Assembly: GCA_002269645.1 (NCBI GenBank)
Contig: NIVC01002026.1
Span: forward strand, 1-64,000
Source: Macrostomum lignano
Lineage: Eukaryota
Direction of reading: 5' to 3'
Length of the DNA: 64,000 bases
Position 1 is the stretch's first letter; each line of letters begins with the position of its first letter. Shown piece by piece: positions 24,575-35,500 of this stretch. The notes under the pieces were generated by a model. The model did not search any database, was not told the DNA's origin, and saw nothing but the letters and a program-made list of their open reading frames with translations. The position numbers and the translations under genes are program-made.

Positions 24575-26950
24575 ACTCAGTAGTAAAATTGGCAGCTTCT
24601 GTAGATTCTGTAGTAAAATTGGCAGAGTCAGTAGTAAAAGTGGCAGCTTCTGTAGTAAAATTGGCAGCTTCTGTAGTAAAATTGGCAGCTTCTGTAGTAA
24701 AATTGGCAGATTCCGTTATCAAATTGGCAGATTCCGTTATCAAATTGGCAGATTCCGTTATTAAATTGGCAGATTCCGTTATTAAATTGGCAGATTCCGT
24801 TATTAAATTGGCAGATTCCGTTATTAAATTGGCAGATTTCGTTATTAAATTGGCAGATTCCGTTATCAAATTGGCAGATTCCGTTATCAAATTGGCAGAT
24901 TCCGTTATCAAATTGGCAGATTCCGTTATCAAATTGGCAGATTTCGTTATTAAATTGGCAGATTCTGCAGTAAAATTGGCAGATTCCGTTATCGAATTGG
25001 CAGATTCCGTTATCAAATTGGCAGATTCCGTTATCAAATTGGCAGATTCCGTTATTAAATTGGCAGATTCCGTTATTAAATTGGCAGATTCCGTTATCAA
25101 ATTGGCAGATTCCGTTATTAAATTGGCAGATTCCGTTATTAAATTGGCAGATTCCGTTATTAAATTGGCAGATTCCGTTATTAAATTGGCAGATTCTGTA
25201 GTAAAATTGGCAGATTCCGTTATCAAATTGGCAGATTCCGTTATCAAATTGGCAGATTCCGTTATCAAATTAGCAGATTTTGAAGTAAAATTGGCAGATT
25301 CCGTTATCAAATTTGCAGATTCTGTAGTAAAATTGGCAGATTCCGTAGTAAAAGTGGCCGTAATATAGACAACTTCAGCAGTATATTTGGCAGGTTCGGC
25401 AGTATATTTATCCATCAGCTGAAACAGCTCTTATTTACAATAAGCATTGACAATGGATAGAAAGGGAATTCTTTTTCGCCCTTTTCGGCAGCTTGAAAAC
25501 AATTTAGTGAATAAATTGAAGCTAAGAATTGAACCTGCCAAATATACTGCCAAATCTGCCAAATATACTGCCGAACCTGCCAAATATACTACCCGAATCT
25601 GCCAAATATACTGCCCGAATCTGCCAAATATACTACCGAATCTGCCAAATATACTACCCGAATCTGCCAAATATACTACCGAATCTGCCAAATATACTAC
25701 CTGAATCTGCCAAATATACTACCGAATCTGCCAAATATACTACCCGAATCTGCCAAATATACTACCGAATCTGCCAAATATACTACCGAATCTGCCAAAT
25801 ATACTACCCGAATCTGCCAAATATACTACCCGAATCTGCCAATTTTACTGCAGAATCTGCCAAATTTACTACAGAATCTGCCAATTTTACTACAGAATCT
25901 GCCAATTTTACTACATAATCTGTCAATTTTACTACAGAATCTGCCAATTCGAATACGGAAGCTGCCAATTTTACTACAGAAGCTGTCAATTTTACTACAG
26001 AATTCGAATACGGAATCTGCCAATTTTACTACAGAATCTGCCAATTTTACTACATAATCTGCCAATTTTACTACATAATCTGCCAATTTAATAACGGAAT
26101 CTGCCAATTTAATAACGGAATCTGCCAATTCGAATACGGAAGCTGCCAATTTTACTACAGAAGCTGTCAATTTTACTACAGAATTCGAATACGGAATCTG
26201 CCAATTTTACTACAGAATCTGCCAATTTTACTACATAATCTGTCAATTTTACTACATAATCTGCCAATTTTACTACAGAATCTGCCAATTTTACTACATA
26301 ATCTGTCAATTTTACTGCAGAATCTGCCAATTCGAATACGGAATCTGCCAATTTTACTACATAATCTGCCAAATATACTACACGAATCTGCCAAATATAC
26401 TACCGAATCTGCCAAATATACTGCCCGAATCTGCCAAATATACTACACGAATCTGCCAAATATACTACCGAATCTGCCAAATATACTACACGAATCTGCC
26501 AAATATACTACCGAATCTGCCAAATATACTACCCGAATCTGCCAAATATACTTCCGAATCTGCCAAATATACTTCCGAATCTGCCAAATATACTGCCGAA
26601 TCTGCCAAATATACTGCCCGAATCTGCCAAATATACTACACGAATCTGCCAAATATACTACCGAATCTGCCAAATATACTACACGAATCTGCCAAATATA
26701 CTACCGAATCTGCCAAATATACTACCCGAATCTGCCAAATATACTTCCGAATCTGCCAAATATACTTCCGAATCTGCCAAATATACTGCCGAATCTGCCA
26801 AATATACTACACGAATCTGCCAAATATACTACCGAATCTGCCAAATATACTACACGAATCTGCCAAATATACTACCGAATCTGCCAAATATACTACCCGA
26901 ATCTGCCAAATATACTTCCGAATCTGCCAAATATACTGCCGAATCTGCCA
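24575..26950. repeat. Composite 21-22-bp minisatellite in two inverted arms (core TTGGCAGATT / AATCTGCCAA)
   Basis: Left arm 24575-25410 reads TTGGCAG.. and right arm 25530-26950 reads ..CTGCCAA, with a unique spacer of about 120 bp. Confidence 0.92.
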
Positions 26951-27857
26951 AATAAGCTTGTCCTGTGCAACAGTTTTCCAGACGTGATGCCATGGAATTT
27001 CAGGTTTTATTTTTCAGAATTGAATTATTTGAAAACTCCTGTCTCAATTACATTAGGAGGTTACATTAGTTACATTAGGCACTTAAAAAATAAAAAATTT
27101 TGATGACTTCTGAAAAATTCCACCGTTTATATGAAAAAGAGAATAAGAAGATATGTATTGATGTATAAAATAATTAACTAAAGTCTTTTGTTCCATTACT
27201 CTTACAAGAAATAGTTTCCTCTGAAATTAAATACTGCATTGAAAAAATGTTATGGTGCGTAGCGGCTCGAAGGCCGGTGCGTTGCGGTGTGGCGGCTGAT
27301 TTTGGGCACGGCCCCCCCCCCGTTGAAAACAAAACTCATTTCCATTTTGTTTTTGTGACATTACAAAAGTTATCAAAGTTTCAAGATTAGATGAATGGAG
27401 CTATAAGAGAAATTGGCACAGCCGCTGTCCACTGTGCCTGCAAGTGGCGGGTTTCAGGTGGCAGTGCTCGGAGATAAGTGCGCCTCGGTCACGAGAGGAG
27501 CCCCTCCGAGACTCCAGGGACAAAATATTTGGTGCGGTATCAAATCCTGGAGTGCTGTTGTGTGTTAAAATAACAAGTGGTGTGCGTAACCGTCTGCTTT
27601 GAGTAGTGCAGAATTAAGAGTACAAAATTAAGCCACTGATCAATCAAGTCGTGCATAAAGCATGTTTCCCTATCCCGCAACTCTTAATTCATCTCTTCAT
27701 TCCTAATTATCAATATTTTTCCATTACTTATTTGACCCTAGTGTCTAAAATACGAGCGTAAAATGCCACAGGAAACGTGCAATTTATTCGAAAATTTAGC
27801 ATTGATATTACGACATGAGCATTAATTATACCACCTTCTCTTTCATTGAATCCCCCG

Positions 27858-28450
27858 ACTCCCCAAGAATCTGTCCTCAAACTCCCCAAGAATCTGTCCT
27901 CAAACTCCCCAAGAATCTGTCCTCAAACTCCCCAAGAATCTGTCCTCAAACTCCCCAAGAATCTGTCCTTTAACTCCCTAAGAATCTGTCCTCAAACTCC
28001 CCAAGAATCTGTCCTCTAACTCCCCAAGAATCTGTCCTTTAACTCCCTAAGAATCTGTCCTCAAACTCCCCAAGAATCTGTCCTCAAACTCCCTAAGAAT
28101 CTGTCCTCAAACTCCCTAAGAATCTGTCCTCAAACTCCCCAAGAATCTGTCCTTTAACTCCCCAAGAATCTGTCCTCAAATTCCCCAAGAATCTGTCCTC
28201 AAACTCCCAAAAATCTGTCCTCAAAGTCCCCAAGAATCTGTCCTCAAACTCCCCAAGAATCTTTCCTCAAACTCTCCAAGAATCTGTCCTCAAACTCCCC
28301 AAGAATCTATCCTCTAACTCCCCAAGAATCTGTCCTCAAACTCCCCAAGAATTTGTCCTCAAACTCCCCAAGAATCTGTCCTCAAACTCCCCAAGAATCT
28401 GTCCTTTAACTCCCCAAGAATCTGTCCTCAAACTCCCCAAGAATCTGTCC
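27858..28450. repeat. 22-bp tandem repeat (AACTCCCCAAGAATCTGTCCTC), about 27 copies
   Basis: Seen directly; abuts the truncated RT. Confidence 0.96.
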
Positions 28451-31400
28451 TTACCATACTTATGTCCTTACCATAGATGGTGAGTTTCCGCATACTCCAC
28501 TTCCGCTTCCTGGTGAAGATAATGGCCATCGTCTTAGCGGTGCTAATGGTTAGGCCGTGCCGGGTAGCCCAGGCTTGCGCCTTATCGGCGAACTGCTGCA
28601 TCAAGCTTCGGAGGGTGCTGGTGTCAGGGCCACTGACAATAGCAGCAACATCATCAGCGTAGCCTGCCTTGACTATGCTGCTGGGGACGTCAGCCGTCAG
28701 GAGCTCGTCCATCACGAGATTCCAGAGCAGCGGGGTGAGCACCCCAACTTGGGCTCCGCCCTTAGTAACCGTATGGGTGCAGGTGGCATCCATGAGAAAG
28801 GAAGTCACCTTCCTGTTCCGGATCATAAAGTCGATCCATCGCACAATGCTGGATCGGACCTTTTTCTGCAAAAGGGAGTCACTGAAGGAGCCAAATAAAA
28901 CGTTATTGAAGCCCCCATCGATATCGCAGAAAAGCCCACAGGCAATCTGCTTACTCAGGATAGCTTTCTCAATGGCTGAGGTAATAACATGCAAAGCGTG
29001 CTCGGTGGTTTTACCTGGTTGGAAGGCGAATTGGTGCTTACTTATGGGTGCCGTCCTTAACTCGCAGTCGCGCAGCCTCCACAAGATGAGTCTCTCCATC
29101 AGCTTTATACAGAAGGATTTTAGGCTGATGGGGCGGAAAGATTTAACATTGGTATAGTCGTCTTTGGCAGGCTTGGGATGAAGACCACCCGAGCGGTCCT
29201 CCAGATAGTGGGAATATACCCAGTGGTGAAACAATCAATGATGAGCTTAGAGAAAAAGGCATAGAAGCTCTGCAGCTTAACCGCTTCCTGGAGAACACAG
29301 GGGGCGATATTATCAATGCCGGGGGCTTTGAACGGTTTAAAAGTGTTGGCGGCCAGCTGAATTAAGTTCTTGGTGGCGCACTGCTCGAAGAGTTGTCGAT
29401 CTCTCGGGTTGTGATCAGCAACGATTTGCTCAGGATGCTCGCATGTGGGGAAAAATGACGAGAAAAGCAGATTGAGGGATTCCTCGGAGGTTCTGGAATA
29501 GTTGCCATCCAAATGGAGGAGGGAGTTACACTGGGCGAGGTTGTCATGCCTGAGGGACTTGACCAGCCGGGCAGTAGGATGCTGGCCCTCCAAACCGGCA
29601 CAGAAGGCCTTCCAGGTGTCCTTTTTGGCCTTCCGGATACAACTCTTGTGGGTTCTCAAAGCAGAGTGGTAGTTGTCCCAGTCTTCTGGGGTGTTGTTCC
29701 GGTTGGCAATCCGATGCAGCCGACGGGAGGCCTTTTTCAAGCGGGTGAGCTCCTTGTTCCACCAAGGTGAGTACTTCTTTCTACTGACAATCGGAGGAGC
29801 GTTCTTAATCGAGGCCGCATTAAGCAGCTCGACACATTTGTTGCAACGTGCTTCAATGCTCGGAATATCATCGCAGCCTTCCAGGTCATCGGCCGGTTCG
29901 CTGCTGATCAGAGACTCAAGGTCCCTTATGAAGCCAGTCCAGTCCGCCCTTTTTAAATTGGGACGGTTCGCCTTGGTGACGCGAGCGCCGCCAGCTGTGA
30001 CGCTGAAATGGATGGTAATGGTCCGAGAGCGAGGGGACCTGACCATCCATTTTTAAATCCGATTAAGGATGCTACTGGACGTAAGGGTGAGGTCAATGAC
30101 CTCCTTCCTGCTAGCATTCGCAAAGGTGGGTTTACGCCCCAAGTTGCAAATATGCGAATTCGAGGTGTTAATGAAATCAATAAGCAGACTACCTCTGAGG
30201 TTAGTGTTACTGCTAGCCCACGCAGTGTTGTGAGCATTAGCGTCGCAACCAATAATGAGGTTCCGGTTCTCGATGGTACAGAAGCTTGCGAGATCCTGCA
30301 GGGGGGGGTGACGGAATTTCATCCTGGATGTCCATGTACACGGATGAGAAAATCATCCCGTTCACGGTGAAGGTACAGATGCCTTTATTGCAAAACATCG
30401 GCATGAGCATGGCTGAGAGCTCGCACTTGACCAGGGCAATGGCCCTAGGGGTTTCCCCTCTAGAGAGGAAGAGGATCTTGTAGCCTTTCGGCAGCAGGGT
30501 GGGCTTACCTCTCACGGTGTAAGGCTCCTGAATGAGGTAGATGTCAACACGGGTGCCACCGAGGGTGTTGGTGAGGCTGCTGGAGGCTGCGACCGCGTGG
30601 TGCAGGTTGATCTGCACAATGTGCAGGTTAGGATCACTGTTTTGCGTGAGTGTAGTAAAATCATCATTGGACCCACCCGCAGGGTTGGTCCTCAGACGGT
30701 CACGCCTCATCATTGATGATCTGGGCATGGCAGATCGAGAACAGCTTAAGTCTCGCCCTCAGAGCTGTCCGGGCTCTCGGGGTCGTCCCGGCGCTGCTCA
30801 CCGCCGGCGTTGCGGTGGAAGACTAACTTCCATGCCCCAACATAGGCGGCGTGGTCTTTGCCTTGCATGTGGGGCTCCCACTCAGCGGAGAGGCCCATGT
30901 AGAGGGTCTTCCCGTTGCCGTCCTTGGCCGGCACTTCCTTGTAGGCCCGCAGAGGCCGTCCGCAGGCAACTCGGGGGGCTTGGCGACAAGACGACTACGG
31001 ATCTCCTCGATCGTCCTGTGCCGTGCGGTCCTCAGGCTGCTGCCTCTTGCGGACAGTGCTGGGAGCCGCGTTCGCCTTGCTGTCGCGGTACGTGGTTGAG
31101 TCACCACCAGAATCTCCACCAGTGGGAGTCGAACTTACCCCTCCCGAGCCGAAAAATATTTTGTTCACAATCCATAGAAGCTGAAACGGAGAAGAAACAC
31201 AAATTAGAAAAGGCAGACCGACCGCTCGGGGACTGGATATACCCCCAGTCAGCCAAAGGCTACCCCTGCCACAGCGAACAGCAGGAAGGCTTTGGGTTGC
31301 CATCTTTCCCGCAGGATTGCTCCCAGGCGAGGCTCCGGCAGGCCCCCGGTCCACACTCTGCAAGATCAGGGGGCGGGAGGCCGGCTGCGGGCTTGGGACA

Positions 31401-31714
31401 CAGGCGCCAGGTCGGGTTGACAGCAGACGCCCGAGCCCTCCCCCACAGGAGCGGCCCTCGAGAACCCATGTGGTACCTGTTGCAACTATGGGCTGTCGAT
31501 GGGTAGTTGGCGCTTAGCCAGACCAACTACTTAGCAGCCACCTGCCCTGCAGAAAAGCAGCAGGGGGGATCCGTCCTCCCCCAGCAGACAAAAACGAGGA
31601 AGCTAGCCGCTTCCACGCCAGGCCAGGGAGAAAAAGGAAGGAAAAGCCTCCTCGAAAGTCGAAAAGCTGGCGGATGTCACAGAGTCCCTCGGTTTAAGTT
31701 GCCATTTGCCCCCC
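28440..31714 (-). mobile_element. Non-LTR retrotransposon (R1/LOA-type LINE), 3'-truncated and frameshifted
   Basis: APE endonuclease QINLHH..IQEPY, IIGCDANAHNTAW, PTF..VIDLT (30630-30053). [34 protein letters not shown] (29170-28430). Frameshifts near 30305 (G run) and 29175. Broken ORF1 at 30740-31520, with a C-terminus resembling DUF4780-type ORF1. Confidence 0.9.
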
Positions 31715-31788
31715 AATCAATCAGTCAATCAATCAATCAATCAGTCAATCAATCAGTCAGTCAATCAATCAGTCAATCAATCAATTAG

Positions 31789-31831
<43 letters not shown>

Positions 31832-31832
31832 G
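31715..31832. repeat. (TCAA)n microsatellite flanking the LINE 5' end
   Basis: Seen directly. Confidence 0.95.
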
Positions 31833-32254
31833 TGGAAGGGTCAAGTTCGGCGTTCCGTCTGCTGTCAGGTTGAAATTGAAAGCCGCTCCTTTCTGTCTGT
31901 TTTTCTAAGCTCTGTGGAGCTTCGGCAGTTTCGAGTGACGATTTAAAAACTCTTGCTCCTGCTGAACTCAGGGACTTCTAGACTGGAATTTCTTGCAAAC
32001 TTCTGCTAATGATCCTTGGCTAAATTATGACTCCACGTGCTAATATAGCCATAGATAGCATTTGTGCCAGCAGTGAGATCTGGTCAAGCGTCTAATTTGA
32101 ATGCCCGCAGTTCAAACTTGACTGCATAATGCTATAAAAGGAAATTGTTTTGGTTTCGAAGATAAACAAAAATATATAATTAGGTCTCGATACAGTGTGA
32201 CAGTTAGAGTAAACACATTTTTCTGTCTGCACAGTGTTAAATAATTATTGGCTG

Positions 32255-32306
32255 TGTGTCTGTGTGTCTGTCTGTCTGCATGTCGGCATGTCTGTCCGTC
32301 TGTCTC

Positions 32307-32344
<38 letters not shown>

Positions 32345-32345
32345 A

Positions 32346-32412
<67 letters not shown>

Positions 32413-32420
32413 CGTATGTC
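32255..32420. repeat. (TGTC)n microsatellite
   Basis: Seen directly. Confidence 0.93.
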
Positions 32421-32597
32421 TGTGGCCCTATAGACAGACATAGATAAACAGATAGACCGACACAAGCCTCATTCATTTCAATTGGCCCGTGGCAGCGCTG
32501 CCAATGGCAGACAATTGTGACGCAAATGAGCAGAAATAGATAAATTCCAGCAAAATGCGGCGCTCTCCGCAATACACAGCACCGATACGGAGCCGAA

Positions 32598-35500
32598 ATG
32601 GAAGCTCTTTGGAGAATCCTGACAGCGATTGCAGCAGTTCTGATGCAGACCTTCGGCAGGTCCGCAGGCCAAAGCGAGGGCCTTGATGGCACTGAGCTGG
32701 ACATCCTGGAAGCTGACGTCAATCTTCAACGAAACACTGGCGAGTCACCTCTCTACATTGCATCACAGAATGGTGACCACCAAGTTGTGAGCTCACTCAT
32801 CAAAGCGCAAGCTGACGTCAATCTTCAAGAAGTCGATGGCTGCTCACCTCTCTACATTGCATCACAGAATGGTCACCACCAAGTTGTGAGCTCACTCATC
32901 AAAGCACAAGCTGACGTCAATCTTCAAAACGTCAATGGCTGCTCACCTCTCTACATTGCATCACAGGAGGGTCACCACCAAGTTGTGAGCTCACTCATCA
33001 AAGCACAATCTGACATCAATCTTCAAAACGTCAATGGCTGCTCACCTCTCTACATTGCATCACAGAATGGTCACCACCAAGTTGTAAGCTCACTCATCAA
33101 AGCACAAGCTGACGTCAATCTTCAAAACGTCAATGGCTGCTCACCTCTCTACATTGCATCACAGGAGGGTCACCACCGAGTTGTGAGCTCACTCATCAAA
33201 GCACAAGCTGACGTCAATCTTCAAAACGTCGATGGCTGCTCACCTCTCTACATTGCATCACAGGAGGGTCACCACCAAGTTGTGAGCTCACTCATCAAAG
33301 CGCAAGCTGACGTCAATCTTCAAAACGTCGATGAGTGCTCACCTCTCTACATTGCATCACAGAATGGTCACCACCAAGTTGTGAGCTCACTCATCAAAGC
33401 ACAAGCTGACGTCAATCTTCAACAAAACACTGGCGAGTCACCTCTCTACATTGCATCAGGGTATGGTCACCACCAAGTTGTGAGCTCACTCATCAAAGCA
33501 CAATCTGACGTCAATCTTCAAGAAGTCGATGGCTGCTCACCTCTCTACATTGCATCACACAATGGTCACCACCAAGTTGTGAGCTCACTCATCAAAGCGC
33601 AAGCTGACGTCAATCTTCAACGAAACACTGGCTCGTCACCTCTCTACATTGCATCACAGAAGGGTCACCACCAAGTTGTGAGCTCACTCATCAAAGCACA
33701 AGCTGACGTCAATCTTCAACGAAACACTGGCGAGTCACCTCTCTGCATTGCATCACAGAATAGTCACCACCAAGTTGTGAGCTCACTCATAAAAGCACAA
33801 GCTGACGTCAATCTTCAAAACGTCAATGGCTGCTCACCTCTCTACATTGCATCACAGAATGGTGACCACCAAGTTGTGAGCTCACTCATCAAAGCACAAG
33901 CTGACGTCAATCTTCAAGAAGTCGATGGCTGCTCACCTCTCTACATTGCATCACAGAAGGGTCACCACCGAGTTGTGAGCTTACTCATCAAAGAACAAGC
34001 TGACGTCAATCTTCAAGAAGTCGATGGCTGCTCACCTCTCTACATTGCATCACAGAATGGTCACCACCGAGTTGTGAGCTTATTCATCAAAGCACAAGCT
34101 GACGTCAATCTTCAAGGAAACACCGGCGAGTCATCTCTCTACATTGCATCACAGAATGCTCACCACCAAGTTGTGAGCTCACTCATCAAAGCACATATCG
34201 ATAGTCAAGAAGTGGCTAAAAGTACATTCGCTGTGGAAGAGCCACCGAAACAGTTAGATTTTGTGTAAGATTCATTTTTTATTCTAAATAACTCTTTTGA
34301 TTAGTTTTTCACGGATCCGAAGAAGATTAGGCAATTGTGCAAGCAAGCGGTCATGAGAGGCAGTGTTGGCAGTTGGCAGCAGAAAAGCTGGCAAACAGGT
34401 GAAATCGAGAGCTTGCTGAATGCTGAGTCAAGATGGATTTAACATGGCTGATATCACAGGAGAGTACATGTGCTCACACGGTTTATCCCTGTTGCAAGTA
34501 AATGCAATGTGAATGTGGAGTTCAGGACTCCATCTACCGCCATCCCCATAATCATCATCGTCAGCAAATCAGGTTTTCCGATTTACTCGGACCGCTCAGA
34601 CCCGTTCGACCAATAAAGTTCCCTCGTAACCATGCCACTCTACAGACACTCTAATTGGCAGTCACGGAAATGGACCATTTTCAGGAGCACACTTTTCTCC
34701 GGACATTAAGCTCAATTATGGACCCACCTCCAGCATGCCCCAACTCACCTCCAGCATGCCCCAACTCACCTCCAGCATGCCCCACCCCACCCTTAGCATG
34801 CCCCACCCCACCTCCAGCATGACCCACCCCACCTCCAGCATGACCCACCCCACCTCCAGCATGCCCCACCCCACCCTTAGCATGCCCCACCCCACCTCCA
34901 GCATGACCCACCCCACCTCCAGCATGCCCACCCCACCTCCTTCCTGCCCCACCCCACCTCCTTCCTGCCCCACCCCACCTCCGGCCTGCCCCACTCTACA
35001 TCTCTGATCTAAAATATCAAATCCTCATCGCTGAATCAACTCTTTTCCCACCTGCCAACCATATCACAGACACTCTGCATGGAAACTGTATGGGCAGCCA
35101 TGGAAATTGGACAGTTTTTCAGGAACAAAGCATGCACACATTTGCTCTAAACTAAACTAAAAGAACTAATTAAAGGATCAACTGCCTGCAAAATGATCAG
35201 CAAAATCAATTCACGCACTGTTCGGGAGAGCTGCCCTGTGCTACACAAATCAGTCAATTAACCCGTCTAGACCTGCAAGTTTTTCACCTATAACTCACAT
35301 TTTAGATGCAGTCCCAGCGACTCAGAGCTGAGCCATCAGCTGCACTCAGCACTGGAGCAGTCAGGCTTCACCGAATCCCGAGCCGCATTGCAGAGCGCGG
35401 CTGCCGATGTCCTGCAGCAGATTCTAAGAAGTCGACTGAACGTCGATAATTATTTTGTCGTCGGCAGCTACTCAGAAGGCTGGGGCAACAGCCTGACGAC

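Noticed and set aside
24570-26673. Long ANLITES / KLADSVI repeat ORFs
   Set aside because: Minisatellite translations on both strands with no splice or start context.
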